Positions 1 to 10,270 of a stretch of 64,000 bases of DNA are shown here, piece after piece. Under the pieces are notes generated by a model, which was not told where the DNA came from, ran no database searches, and saw only the letters and a program-made list of their open reading frames with translations. The position numbers and the translations under genes are program-made. The stretch's first letter is position 1; the number at the start of each line of letters is the position of its first letter. This DNA comes from a virus (Duplodnaviria; Caudoviricetes): positions 6,807-70,806 of IMG/VR virus record IMGVR_UViG_3300023256_000002; one strand, given 5' to 3'.

Positions 1-109
1 TTGGTTCGTATCAAACAGAAAAATTATCGTAAGTATATTTTCCTGGCTTTCTTGGATCTAAATAAATATAATTATAATATTTATTTGATTGATTTTTAAT
101 AATTTTCAT
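1..109 (-). CDS. N-terminus of putative GIY-YIG-type homing endonuclease (runs off window; code 4)
   Basis: ATG at 109 after AGGAG; MKIIKNQSNKYYNYIYLDPRKPGKYTYDNFSV[TGA]YEP resembles the YLDPRKPG...YEPFYVG start of phage GIY-YIG endonucleases. Confidence 0.55.
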
Positions 110-239
110 AAAAAGTAAAGATTCTCCTATAATGTATTGAATTAGTAAATATAAATCTACTTTTAATTCTTATATATACATATACGAAAATTAAATAATT
201 TATTACTTTTTTATTGTTAATTGTATTGACAGTATATAA

Positions 240-365
240 TTATGGCAGTCCACACCACAAAGCATAAAAGTCAATTATTGCTGGTCTGTCTCCTAAAAAT
301 TTCCATTCTTTAGCATCTAATTTTGATATTTTTTTTTCAAATGATTCTTTTGTTAAATGTTCCAT
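240..365 (-). pseudogene. Thioredoxin 5' fragment (truncated, or first exon)
   Basis: AAGGAG then ATG; MEHLTKESFEKKISKLDAKEWKFLGDRPAIIDFYALWCG then LP-stop; similarity ends within the WCGPC active site. Confidence 0.65.
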
Positions 366-431
366 TTTAACTCCTTTACAGAATCAGTATTTTCAACCAA
401 TCCTCAGTTTATTTTATTTTGTCGCTCATAA

Positions 432-1421
432 TTAATTACCAAACCCCATTGTAGATTTTTCATCCTTACCATCTAATTTCTTTTGCCACTTGTTAGATTT
501 AATTTGCTTTTTACGCATCATATTTATTCTCTCCAACGCTTCTTTGTATGGTATATCATATATTTCAACTGACATGATAAGTTCCTTTATATGAGCGAAA
601 CTGAAATTTTTAGTATCGTCAAGCCATTTTTTTATATCTTCGTCTTTAACTTTTAGAGCCTTTTTATTGATATATATTTCACGCATTTCTCTTGTAGGCA
701 TATCGATTTCAACTATTCTGTCAATCCTTGAAGGCCTATTAATTATTCTATCAGGTAAGTTTTCTGGGTAATTTGTTGTTGCAATAATAACAGTATTTGA
801 GTGTTGAATGCCACCATCTAATAATTGCAATAATGCTTGTTCATCTTCATCATATTTTAATAAAGCATCAATGTCTTCAATAACTAACATTATTTTTCTG
901 TTATTTTCAACTTCCTTGAAGGCTTTAATTCCATCAATCGGGATATGATTAAATAAAAAAACAATATTACCTTGTTTAACAAATGAATCCATTAATTGCC
1001 TAATAATACAAGTTTTCCCACCACCAGGAGGCCCGCAAAACAAGTAGCCTCTTTTATGCGGCTCCTTTCTTTTATCGTACTCTTCCTTTCTATCCCAAAA
1101 ACTTTGAAATTCTCTCATGATTTCATCACTAACAGAATCTTCAAATCTGATTAAATCATAAATGTCAACTTTCTCTTCTTTAAACACCCAGTCGCCATTT
1201 CTATTCATTGTAATTATGAATATTCCAGGAGGCAGTGTCTTTGCGGTTTGCCCACAAGGAATATATTCATTTCCATTTACGCCATATTGATATAAATTTT
1301 TATTCATTTTTTTCTCTGTATCAACCGAACCTTTTGAGCTTGGAGCAACTGTCTGAATAGTTGGCAGTTGATTATTTAATGCTATATCTTTTACTTGTTT
1401 AATTAACTTTTCAAATTCCAT
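432..1421 (-). CDS. AAA+ ATPase (BCS1/FtsH-like ATPase domain)
   Basis: Walker A GPPGGGKT, Walker B IEDID, ATTNYPENL..RPSRID second region of homology. Confidence 0.85.
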   Translation of the reverse strand: MEFEKLIKQVKDIALNNQLPTIQTVAPSSKGSVDTEKKMNKNLYQYGVNGNEYIPCGQTAKTLPPGIFIITMNRNGDWVFKEEKVDIYDLIRFEDSVSDEIMREFQSFWDRKEEYDKRKEPHKRGYLFCGPPGGGKTCIIRQLMDSFVKQGNIVFLFNHIPIDGIKAFKEVENNRKIMLVIEDIDALLKYDEDEQALLQLLDGGIQHSNTVIIATTNYPENLPDRIINRPSRIDRIVEIDMPTREMREIYINKKALKVKDEDIKKWLDDTKNFSFAHIKELIMSVEIYDIPYKEALERINMMRKKQIKSNKWQKKLDGKDEKSTMGFGN

Positions 1422-1840
1422 TTATTCTCGCTCCATATTCTATTAAATTTTTCTTTCATTACAAAAGCTAACCAAAGTTGTTCCATTGTTTCCATACCCA
1501 TCTCACAATCAGATTCAGAAAATTCAATTAATTCTTTACAAATAACATTTGGACAGGCTACGAATCCTATATCATATAAATCTTTTTGATTGTATCTTTT
1601 GTCCGTTGGTAAAACATATAACATATTCTGCAACTGGTCTTGTCTTGGCAACCAAAATCTTTTACCCTCACAACAAGCACAATCATAATCACCATAATCA
1701 TTTCCATTTACATCTATCATAAGTAATTTGGATATAGTGTGTGCTTCATGTAAATAAATATCACCATGTTCATGTTCCCATTTATTTTGTATTTCTATTG
1801 CATCTTTGCACATTTTTATATATCGTTCTGAATAATCCAT
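1403..1840 (-). CDS. Conserved phage hypothetical protein
   Basis: 145-aa ORF with YIKMC..., WLPRQDQLQ and MEQLWLAFVMKEK motifs typical of a phage hypothetical family. Confidence 0.6.
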   Translation of the reverse strand: MDYSERYIKMCKDAIEIQNKWEHEHGDIYLHEAHTISKLLMIDVNGNDYGDYDCACCEGKRFWLPRQDQLQNMLYVLPTDKRYNQKDLYDIGFVACPNVICKELIEFSESDCEMGMETMEQLWLAFVMKEKFNRIWSENKWNLKS

Positions 1841-1859
1841 ATATTGTAACCTTCCTTAT

Positions 1860-2360
1860 TTATTTATATAGTGGCAAGTGCCCCGTAAACTTATCTATTT
1901 TTTCGTTATTCCAAGGGCCAATACCCAAACAAGTATATTCTGGTTTGCTAAATTCTGTTCTGCCAGCATCTTTAACTAATCCGATTGGAATATTGGTGTC
2001 TTTAAGTTTATTGTAAAGTTCAAGCAATTCTTCTTCAGAATCCACTCTTAACGTAACCTTTGTAAATGAGCCGTCAAACCATTTCGCAACATCGTAAGGT
2101 ATTTTTTCAACTTTATGCCCTACAATTCTACCGACTAACGAAATTTTAATATAATTGTCAAATATACATTTCATTGACGCATGCGAACCTTGAGCAACTA
2201 ATTTGCCACGAGACATTCCTAAATCTTTCCTCATTACCAAAATTTGCTTAGTTTTGCTTTCCATTGAACCTATACCGTTGCATTGTGGGCAATCAATAGT
2301 GCCGTGTGGAATTTCTATTGTTCCAGCGCCATTACATCTTGTGCATTTTATTTTTTCCAT
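1860..2360 (-). CDS. pth2: Peptidyl-tRNA hydrolase, Pth2 family, with N-terminal DnaJ-like zinc finger
   Basis: KQILVMRKDLGMSRGKLVAQGSHAS, DAGRTE, TCLGIGP, TGHL motifs; N-terminal CxxCxGxG repeats. Confidence 0.88.
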   Translation of the reverse strand: MEKIKCTRCNGAGTIEIPHGTIDCPQCNGIGSMESKTKQILVMRKDLGMSRGKLVAQGSHASMKCIFDNYIKISLVGRIVGHKVEKIPYDVAKWFDGSFTKVTLRVDSEEELLELYNKLKDTNIPIGLVKDAGRTEFSKPEYTCLGIGPWNNEKIDKFTGHLPLYK

Positions 2361-2700
2361 TTTAATCTCCTAACTCATTTTATTTACTTGATGGAAGTGC
2401 TTAACCCTTTCGAAAAAAAATACCTTGCAAGGCTATCTATTATAAATACTTACACGTTATTTTTTCTATTATTTTTACTGAAAAACTACTACTTTTTATA
2501 GAAAACGACTTTCACTTAGGCAATATACATCTTGATAAATCTTGAAACAATTTTTAGCGTTATGTGTTTACGTCGGCCATGTGAATGTGTTTCTCTTATT
2601 ATCTTTTTATCTTTCCAAATTGTAAGTCTATTTCCGCCATCGCCATCAATATCGTTTCTGATGTTCTAGACATATTCTGTATTATTTACTATTATTTTTC

Positions 2701-2889
2701 TTACCTTAGTTTTCTTTTTTTCGCCTGTTCGTTTTCAGACAATTCTAAAATTTCTAAGGAAATTATATGTTCTATAGACGTTATCTTTCCAGTACCTTTA
2801 CAGGCGTGACAATACTGTTCTTTATGGTCTATCTCGACCGTTTTATGTCCACCGCAACTAATACAAGTTTTTACTATTTTAATTTTCAT
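2701..2889 (-). CDS. Small DnaJ-type zinc-finger protein
   Basis: MKIKIVKTCISCGG...CHACKGTG; start at 2889 preferred to the long upstream extension in the ORF track. Confidence 0.55.
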   Translation of the reverse strand: MKIKIVKTCISCGGHKTVEIDHKEQYCHACKGTGKITSIEHIISLEILELSENEQAKKRKLR

Positions 2890-3210
2890 CTTTTTTAACT
2901 CCTTCTGTTTTTTTTCTCTTAGATAAATACAAATCATTTTCTCCAATATAAGATAAAATTGTATTCGTAGTAAAATTATTTTTTTTATTTTTATATGAAA
3001 GAAGGGACAAATTCCTTCACTAACATCAAATATGCACGATAACATGCTCGGTGTTAATGTGCAAATATTGCGTTATCGTGTTAATATAAAAACATTTAGA
3101 AATCTTTCCATAATCAGCTTTTTGTAATAAACGACTGATTATAATCTAATCTGTTGATAACAAAACATACATTTCAAAAATATCTATCAACAATACAACT
3201 GGATGAAGTG

Positions 3211-4413
3211 TTATGCGGGAAGATTGTTTTTAATATTATAAATATGTTTTAGATGATTTTGAAACTCAATATCTTCACACATTCCTTTCCCTAAACTGTC
3301 TGAAATTTTAGCTGTAGGTCTATGATTTTGTTCAACCATTTTCATAACTATTTGCAATGGAACAGGGCCACAATCATTCATTAGGTTGGTTCCGATTCCG
3401 AAACTAGTTTTGATTCTACCATTAAAGCGACTAAATATTCGAATGGCAAGTGGGAAATCTAATCCATCTGAAAATATAGCATTTTTTGTTTTTGGGTCAA
3501 TATCCATTAATACATAATGACTAATCAATTTTTCTCCCCACTCGAATGGATCGCCACTATCATGTCGGCATCCATCAAATAGTTTTGAGAAATGCAAATC
3601 GAAATCATTTAAGAATGCATCCATTCCAATAATATCACTTAATGCAATACCAAGCAATCCTCTGTATTCTTGAGACCACCGCTCCAAAGCTACTTTTTGA
3701 AAATCAAATAAACTAACGCCATGGGTTTGTTGATGCCCCTGAAACCATTCGTGTGCCATTGTGCCGATTGCTTTAATGTTATATTTGATTGCGAAATAAA
3801 CATTTGACGTACCAACAAAGAAATCATTTGTTCGTTGATTTTTTGAGAAAAACTTTAATGTTTTTTCTATAACTTCATCTTGCCATTTGAAAGAATATCT
3901 TCGTCTCGTTCCAAAATCAGCGAATGTAAAGCCATCAACGTATATTGCTTTGTCAAGTTTTGTATATAAATTAGCAATACCAACATCGTGTGTCATTTTT
4001 TCATCTGGCTTTAATGATAGAAAATAAAGCTCATTGACCATTGCTAATACAGGCACTTCAAACCAAATTGTATAACACCAAGGGCCTTCAACATATATTT
4101 TCAATTCACCATTAACATTCTTTACACTTATATATTTATAGTTCAATTTTAGTAAACGCAAAAATTCCATAAAATCATTTTTCAAATATGGAATTTTATC
4201 CTTCAATGCAATTAATTCTTTTTCACTAAACGATAGTTTGCATAATTTTTTTATTTCATCTTTAACTTGTTCGGCCAAATATCCTAATTTAACTCCTTTA
4301 TTACGACAGGTAAATTTATATTTAACCCAAGCATCTGGTTGCGTATGGAAAACGGCCATTGACATTGAAAATTTGTAACTATCTTGATCGAGCAATCTCT
4401 TAATAATACTCAT
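3211..4413 (-). CDS. pncB: Nicotinate phosphoribosyltransferase
   Basis: LLDQDSYKFSM, DFGTRRR, GTSNV, GTMAHEW, RHDSGDP, FSDGLD, FGIGTNL, KISD motifs. Confidence 0.95.
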   Translation of the reverse strand: MSIIKRLLDQDSYKFSMSMAVFHTQPDAWVKYKFTCRNKGVKLGYLAEQVKDEIKKLCKLSFSEKELIALKDKIPYLKNDFMEFLRLLKLNYKYISVKNVNGELKIYVEGPWCYTIWFEVPVLAMVNELYFLSLKPDEKMTHDVGIANLYTKLDKAIYVDGFTFADFGTRRRYSFKWQDEVIEKTLKFFSKNQRTNDFFVGTSNVYFAIKYNIKAIGTMAHEWFQGHQQTHGVSLFDFQKVALERWSQEYRGLLGIALSDIIGMDAFLNDFDLHFSKLFDGCRHDSGDPFEWGEKLISHYVLMDIDPKTKNAIFSDGLDFPLAIRIFSRFNGRIKTSFGIGTNLMNDCGPVPLQIVMKMVEQNHRPTAKISDSLGKGMCEDIEFQNHLKHIYNIKNNLPA

Positions 4414-4439
4414 TGTTCCTTCCTATTTATTTCGCTACA

Positions 4440-4492
4440 CATAACAGCCTATCTATGCTACGCTTCATTTGCATAGCATACTGGCAGTTATG
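4440..4492. repeat. attC-like imperfect palindrome, copy 1
   Basis: CATAAC-AGCC...TATGC-loop-GCATAG...GGCA-GTTATG; shares GCCTATCTATGCT and GCATACTGGCAGTTAT blocks with the 29.1 and 29.6 kb copies. Confidence 0.6.
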
Positions 4493-4494
4493 AG

Positions 4495-4761
4495 TCATAT
4501 ATCTATTTTCATATACAGCCAACAACCGAAAACTATAAATCCATATTCATGTATTGAGTTACTTTTTCGATGTCTGTTTATAATTTCAAATAGTGGATAT
4601 TCTTGCCAATACCAATGCAAACCGTACCAAACATGTTTGACATTAAAATCAAAACCATACTTATCCAAATAAAACTTTCTTCTTATGTTCATAATTGACT
4701 CCTTTTTTGATAGACGACTCATAACAAGCGTATCATCGCCGACACGCCGCATACACGGCAC
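4495..4761 (-). CDS. Hypothetical Trp-rich protein
   Basis: ORF track; ends at TGA, so under code 4 it extends ~14 codons into the hairpin; true start probably MNIRRK after AAGGAG. Confidence 0.4.
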   Translation of the reverse strand: MPCMRRVGDDTLVMSRLSKKESIMNIRRKFYLDKYGFDFNVKHVWYGLHWYWQEYPLFEIINRHRKSNSIHEYGFIVFGCWLYMKIDI

Positions 4762-4779
4762 ATTATTCTAATTTGATCT

Positions 4780-5259
4780 TTACCAAATTCCGCCATCATC
4801 TCTTCTCAACACCGAGTTGCCATCATATTCTATTCCCATTCTTTTACAGGTATCTGATTTAATTGTTTCGAGTGTAATCATAGTTTCACGATACCATTCC
4901 ACAGGGAATACAACTGAATCAATAGGATTTATCTTTCTTACTGCATCTATAGCAATATTGATTTTGTCCAATTCTTTTTTTAACCAATGTTCTTGCTCCC
5001 ATTTGTCGGCTTCATTTTTCATATCTGACAATTTAGCGTTAATATTGTCGAAATTTGCTGTTTTTTCAATCAAAGTTCTGTCGAAAACATCTCTCCAATA
5101 AGGACATTCTTCCTTATTATCATACTCTTTCTTTCTTGAAATTGAACAATCCCAAGGTTTACCTTCGTCTATACAACATGTCTCCAAACAATCGCCATCA
5201 ACTACACAACATTTAATTGTGATTGGAAACTTTTTTGCAAAATCTTCTTTTCTTATCAT
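4780..5259 (-). CDS. Hypothetical protein, Cys-rich N-terminus
   Basis: 159-aa ORF, AGGA before ATG, TAA stop. Confidence 0.55.
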   Translation of the reverse strand: MIRKEDFAKKFPITIKCCVVDGDCLETCCIDEGKPWDCSISRKKEYDNKEECPYWRDVFDRTLIEKTANFDNINAKLSDMKNEADKWEQEHWLKKELDKINIAIDAVRKINPIDSVVFPVEWYRETMITLETIKSDTCKRMGIEYDGNSVLRRDDGGIW

Positions 5260-5313
5260 ATCTTTTCCTTTTTTTAATCACATTACTATAATATTTATTC
5301 AAATTACTTCTTC

Positions 5314-5715
5314 TTATCTCAAATTGTTTGCAACGCTTAAGGCACTAAATTTATAACGTTTGTTTGTTCCAACTTCTTCAGCAACAATTTTAAATTTACG
5401 GGCACGTGTATTAAAGCCAATAATTCTAAAAGTTTGTGTACCAGAGAGAAATGTTCTACGAAGATCTGTAGCTTTCAATCCGTAAAATTCTGCGTTTAAT
5501 TTGAATGCAGTTGCTTCTGGAGAAAGAACCTCTCCATCTTGTATAACATTTGCCGACAATTTCATTGTATACGACGTATCAGAATAACTTCCATTTCCTC
5601 GTGTAAATTTGATATTAAATTTTTGTTCAACATCTTTTAGTGCTTTCAAAACTTCGTTGCTTATAATTCTACACATTGGCCTATTCATTTGCTGAATGTT
5701 TATTTGTTCGTTCAT
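5314..5715 (-). CDS. Hypothetical protein
   Basis: 133-aa ORF directly downstream of a sigma70-like promoter, GGGGA RBS. Confidence 0.6.
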   Translation of the reverse strand: MNEQINIQQMNRPMCRIISNEVLKALKDVEQKFNIKFTRGNGSYSDTSYTMKLSANVIQDGEVLSPEATAFKLNAEFYGLKATDLRRTFLSGTQTFRIIGFNTRARKFKIVAEEVGTNKRYKFSALSVANNLR

Positions 5716-5765
5716 ATCTTCCCCCTTTCTTTTTTTATCACTTTTTCTCTCTCACTTACATTACT

Positions 5766-5793
5766 ATAGTATTCTTTTATCAGTTTTTGTCAA
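5766..5793 (-). promoter_or_regulatory. sigma70-like promoter, repeat copy 1
   Basis: TTGACA (5793-5788)-N16-TACTAT (5771-5766), followed by AGTAATGTAAGTGAGAG as in the copies at 6.85 and 18.4 kb. Confidence 0.7.
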
Positions 5794-5834
5794 TATATTT
5801 TTTCATCTTTGCCTCTTTCCGTTATAGTCTCCTA

Positions 5835-6329
5835 TTAAATTAACTTTAATGCTTCCTGTAATCCTTTTTCAAAGGCTTCTTCGTATGTTTTGTAGATCTT
5901 GGTATCTTTTTGGCTATATCCTATTGTTTTATATAAATCTAATAATTCGTTAACAGGAAAATGAGATGTCTTTGAATTTGAAGCTACACGCAAATTTATG
6001 TCATGCTTTTCTCTTAACCATTTCTGTAAAAGTGATTGGGTGGGAGCAGAAAAGTGATTTTCAATTATATTATGTTGCAAGGGGAATAATTCTGAAAGTG
6101 TACGATATGGGTAACCATTCACATCTTTGTCATATCCATTGTGAGATATTCTTTTGTTTTCAGGTTCGGTTTCTCCATCAAATTCAGAATGCTGTTTACT
6201 CCATTTATAACACTCAATACAGAATATATTGAATCCTTTTTCTTTGGCTAATTTAGCTGTTTCAAATGATATTAATTGTTCTTTCATAAATTCGCCATAA
6301 CTCTCTGCTGTATATATTGTATTTTTCAT
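5835..6329 (-). CDS. Conserved phage hypothetical protein
   Basis: EQLISFETAKLAKEKGF and SAPTQSLLQKWLREKH motifs. Confidence 0.6.
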   Translation of the reverse strand: MKNTIYTAESYGEFMKEQLISFETAKLAKEKGFNIFCIECYKWSKQHSEFDGETEPENKRISHNGYDKDVNGYPYRTLSELFPLQHNIIENHFSAPTQSLLQKWLREKHDINLRVASNSKTSHFPVNELLDLYKTIGYSQKDTKIYKTYEEAFEKGLQEALKLI

Positions 6330-6353
6330 TTTACACTTCCTTATAATTTGGAA

Positions 6354-6506
6354 CTAATCAACTAATGAATCAAATTCTCTAATTGAGATAGTTTCAAAAT
6401 TAGAAAAGCAATAATCTTCTGCATTTGACAAATTTACAGCTTCAATAGTAATCCCAAATGGGTACCCGCCGTCGAAGTTTTTAACTAGACAAATAAATTT
6501 TTTCAT
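6354..6506 (-). CDS. Small hypothetical protein (50 aa, not in track)
   Basis: GAGGAGGG upstream; MKKFICLVKNFDGGYPFG...LVD-TAG. Confidence 0.45.
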   Translation of the reverse strand: MKKFICLVKNFDGGYPFGITIEAVNLSNAEDYCFSNFETISIREFDSLVD

Positions 6507-6524
6507 TTTACACCCTCCTCAAGG

Positions 6525-6800
6525 TTATTTACATATTACTTTAAAATCATCAAATTTAATAGGTATTTTAATATGCTTTTCTAATATTTCAATACCAATT
6601 TCAGAACCAGTTCTGCCACTATATGATTGGTAATATTTTTGGATGTAATCAGTTTTCAAGATTATCTGCCAATCACAATAGTTGGATTCAATACGCTCAA
6701 TAAATAGTTTATCACCCGAATCTATTTCAGGCGTATTAACATAAATTCTTTCCATTTTTTTAGTTCCAAAATCTTTTTCCCATAATCTCATTTTAATCAT
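6525..6800 (-). CDS. Hypothetical protein
   Basis: Start MIKMRLW after AAGGAG; the longer start in the track lies inside the repeated promoter leader. Confidence 0.5.
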   Translation of the reverse strand: MIKMRLWEKDFGTKKMERIYVNTPEIDSGDKLFIERIESNYCDWQIILKTDYIQKYYQSYSGRTGSEIGIEILEKHIKIPIKFDDFKVICK

Positions 6801-6851
6801 TTTATATCTCCCTTGTTTTTTTATCTCTTTCACTCTCTCACTTACATTACT

Positions 6852-6879
6852 ATAGTATTCTTATTGGTGGTTTTGTCAA
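6852..6879 (-). promoter_or_regulatory. sigma70-like promoter, repeat copy 2
   Basis: TTGACA-N16-TACTAT; about 70 bp identical to 18355-18425. Confidence 0.72.
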
Positions 6880-6888
6880 GTTTATTTA

Positions 6889-7011
6889 TTATATTCTATT
6901 GTAAAATTGTACGAACTTTTTTTGTTGTGCTTTGTAACTTAATTTGTCTCAAGCTTTAATACTAAAGAAAATGCCTATTACAAATACTGCCACTATAATT
7001 ATTTTTCCCAT
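6889..7011 (-). CDS. Small membrane protein (code 4, 40 aa)
   Basis: AAGGAG RBS; MGKIIIVAVFVIGIFFSIKA[TGA]DKLSYKAQQKKFVQFYNRI-TAA. Confidence 0.5.
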
Positions 7012-7058
7012 TTATTCTCCTTCAATATATTTAAGTTCTGGCTTATTTAATTCAAATG

Positions 7059-7286
7059 TTATTGCAATTTACACTCGTCTTTGTCTTCGCTACAAAGGTG
7101 TAAGTTGTCCTCAATATACCAAGCTGGTTGATAATTATCATCGTCAGGAATAACATAATATTCATAGCAACCATCAGCGAAGTTCCATCTGTGAAGTATA
7201 ATTTCCAAAGTTACATAATCATCATAAGTGTCAGGGTATACTTTGTCGCCATTCCTAAATTTTGATTTTTTAACCTTTTTACTCAT
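7059..7286 (-). CDS. Hypothetical protein
   Basis: 75-aa ORF with RBS and TAA stop. Confidence 0.5.
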   Translation of the reverse strand: MSKKVKKSKFRNGDKVYPDTYDDYVTLEIILHRWNFADGCYEYYVIPDDDNYQPAWYIEDNLHLCSEDKDECKLQ

Positions 7287-7388
7287 TTTGTTTTCCTTAT
7301 TTTAACTTTTTACGTTTATTTATTAAATATTTGAATGACACTATATTGTGTATATCTTCGAAACTGACATATTCGGAAAAAAGTGGTG

Positions 7389-8309
7389 TTATATATTTTG
7401 TTTCAAACATTTTTTCTTACCCATAAAGTAAGCATATAATCTGCTACTCAAAATATAATCATTTTCCTTTGCATCTTTTTCAAGTTTTTCTAATATTGTA
7501 TCATCAAGTTTAACCAATTCCCATTCAATTTTTTCTTCATCATCTAGCCTTTGTTTGCCATTTGTATCAGTAACTAACATTTCTACAAAATATAACATTT
7601 CGGTTGTTAGTCCGGCAGACGATGCAATTGGGGGTGATACAGATAATACTTCACCACTACAGCCCGTTTCTTCTGTAAGTTCTCGTATAGCAGTTTCGGA
7701 TGGAGTTTCACCTTCATCGATTAATCCAGCAGGAAATTCAATAACAGTTTTATCAAATGGGTATCTGTGTTGCTTGATTAAAACAATTTCATTTTTAGGT
7801 GTAATACCTATAATTACTGCCGCTTCGCTTTGGCTTTTTCTTTCAACATATTCCCAATGTCCTGTTGGCGTTTTCCTATCATAAATAGACAACCAATCGC
7901 CTTTCCATAATAATTTTTTACTCATATAATTATCTCCATATATTGTATATTTTTTGTTATTTTTAATAAATACTTCTGGAGTTGCCGGTAATGGCTCAAG
8001 GGCTTCGTCAGGAACGCCCCAAACATCATCAGCTGTAATTGATGTTATACAATCAATTGAAACAACTATTGACCAATTAGGCGAGGTGTGATAACCAAGA
8101 ACATTATTGTGGCGTTGCTTAAAGGTCCCAGCTAATAATCTGACTTGACGGCCAACCCTATATCCATAATGATTGTTAATTTTTGGCGAAGATCTTACAG
8201 CAAAAATTTCTTTTGATGCAAATCTTTTTTCATTTACTATTGCATTACCATTATCATCCATATATTGTAATTCTATATCATTAGGTTTCACTTTACGACT
8301 AAAATTCAT
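7389..8309 (-). CDS. Nudix hydrolase (ADP-ribose pyrophosphatase-like) with N-terminal extension
   Basis: Nudix box EFPAGLIDEGETPSETAIRELTEETG, KQHRYP, SSAGLT; internal GGAG plus ATG at 7925. Confidence 0.85.
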   Translation of the reverse strand: MNFSRKVKPNDIELQYMDDNGNAIVNEKRFASKEIFAVRSSPKINNHYGYRVGRQVRLLAGTFKQRHNNVLGYHTSPNWSIVVSIDCITSITADDVWGVPDEALEPLPATPEVFIKNNKKYTIYGDNYMSKKLLWKGDWLSIYDRKTPTGHWEYVERKSQSEAAVIIGITPKNEIVLIKQHRYPFDKTVIEFPAGLIDEGETPSETAIRELTEETGCSGEVLSVSPPIASSAGLTTEMLYFVEMLVTDTNGKQRLDDEEKIEWELVKLDDTILEKLEKDAKENDYILSSRLYAYFMGKKKCLKQNI

Positions 8310-8311
8310 TT

Positions 8312-9034
8312 TTATATCTCCTGAATATTTTGGAACAAAACGGTTAATTTTTTATCTGGATATGTTCTGTCTTCGTGGTAATGTCCACAAAACCACCATT
8401 TGTAATCTATAACGTGGTCATACAAAATATCATCAAGATATTTGCTTAATGGATCATAATATTTTGGATGCCTTGTTGCGTAGCAACCTAAAATGCCTTT
8501 AAGTGCTGATTGCGGTGCAACGTGCGTAATTATATAATCAACTTTCCCATCAACTTTTGCCAAACAATCCATACCTCTTTCGTGTTCATCGTGGTTTGGT
8601 TGCTCCTCTATCCACCAATCAATGCCGTATGTTCTTCGGGCTCTATCTATAGAAAGTCCGCCGCCCATAGTCCAAATTGTCTTACCATTAATTGTATAAA
8701 TTGCACCTCTTTCTAAAATGAATACTGATTCACTAACTTTCAAAACTTCACCACCAAATTTTTTAACTTTAGGTAATTGATTTATTTGATAATAGTTCTC
8801 ATGGTTGCCAAGAACAATTACGGTAGTCCACGGCTTATTTTCGTACCAATTACGAAGCATTTTGCTGTGATTCTTATCGCTTGCACTTGGTCCAAAATAC
8901 GCCCCCCAATCTCCAGCAATGACAAGAATGTCTTCCTTATTCAATGTAACTCCTGCTGGCCATAAAATTGGAAATAATTTACTGAAATCTCTGGTTGAGT
9001 GCGTATCTCCCGTAATGAATGTTCTTCCCATCAT
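8312..9034 (-). CDS. Calcineurin-like metallophosphoesterase
   Basis: ITGDTH, AGDWG, LGNHEN, ITH, GHYH motifs. Confidence 0.88.
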   Translation of the reverse strand: MMGRTFITGDTHSTRDFSKLFPILWPAGVTLNKEDILVIAGDWGAYFGPSASDKNHSKMLRNWYENKPWTTVIVLGNHENYYQINQLPKVKKFGGEVLKVSESVFILERGAIYTINGKTIWTMGGGLSIDRARRTYGIDWWIEEQPNHDEHERGMDCLAKVDGKVDYIITHVAPQSALKGILGCYATRHPKYYDPLSKYLDDILYDHVIDYKWWFCGHYHEDRTYPDKKLTVLFQNIQEI

Positions 9035-9046
9035 ACCCTCTTATTT

Positions 9047-10262
9047 TTATTTAGTTTGAAGCCTCTTAAGCTCTTTTTTGTAAAATATACAATTTACCTC
9101 TGCTCTGTCAAGTTCTTTTTTTGCTTCGTTGATTAAATATTCGGTATCTTTATTTTTTAATTTAATAATTTTTGTAATAAGTGTCAGTAATACAAGCATC
9201 ATAAAAATTGCACAAACGCCCCAAATTTTTAGGCCATTAATTCCATTATTAAACATTGGATAGATTAGCGAAAGGGCCATAGCGCCTAAAGTAATTTTAT
9301 ACCAAGTTCCAAGTTTTTCTCATAATTTTTTCTTTTGTTTCATTCTCTCTCCTATTTCTCTAATTCGTTTATATTAATTTCACCACACCAATGTTGTTTT
9401 AATAAATCAAAAACATATCGTTTCATCATGTAGTCGTTCGGTTCCATCCACTTATTCCAAAAATTTTTATCATTAAGCGTTAATAGAAATTCACAAAATC
9501 TGCTTAAACGGGTTGCAACTAAAACTGAACTGGCCGTCGCATCTATTGGCAACCACCAGGTTAAGGCTACGTATCCATTATGAGCATCAATCAACACCTT
9601 TGTTCTTTCTTCTCTTGTTAGCTTGATCATTATACCTCCTTATTATCCACTTGTATGCTTGTAATTATGGACTTAAATTCCATAAGTACGAAAAATCTAA
9701 AAACTATCCGATGATCGTAAATAAAGCTACTATAAGTATCCAAAATAATATCCACTTATTTCCTACTTTACAACGCCAAGTATTAAAAGTGCTGTGAGTA
9801 CAACACCTACAAAATTACCGTAAAGAAACCATCCAAAATAACTCTCAATTACTTTGTTCTTTTCCATATACGCTCCGATACATGCAAACAGTATTGCCGC
9901 AACCAATAATAAAAAGATTTCCATTATATACCTGCCCCACATAACCATCGAACCCATCTTGGAATTCTTTTAAGCTTTTCCTCATAAATCTCACTTAATG
10001 CCTCTTTCTGAATCATTGCCACTTTAGTTTGTTTAAGTTCTCTTTTGGTTTCCAAATGTTTTTCGGCGTGTTGATTACATTTTGTTGCTATTTTTTGAAC
10101 TGTATCGTCAATCGTGCAATAGTGTATCGTTGTTCGCACGCAAGCGGTGCCAGCAGTATATTCGCAAACCTTTACTTCATTTTCTTCAAGTGCTTTTTTG
10201 TCTTTCAGCAAATCTAAATAATCATCTACTGGGATTTCTACTTTTCCTTCTCTCATTTTCAA
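9047..10262 (-). CDS. Cluster of four small hypothetical ORFs (9047-9280, 9352-9630, 9763-9957, 9924-10262), two predicted membrane proteins
   Basis: Tandem ORFs with RBS motifs; hydrophobic stretches in the first and third. Confidence 0.45.
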
Positions 10263-10270
10263 TTCCTTAA

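Noticed and set aside
2890-3045. Long N-terminal extension of track ORF 2701-3045
   Set aside because: Low-complexity AT-rich sequence with no RBS; the ATG at 2889 fits better
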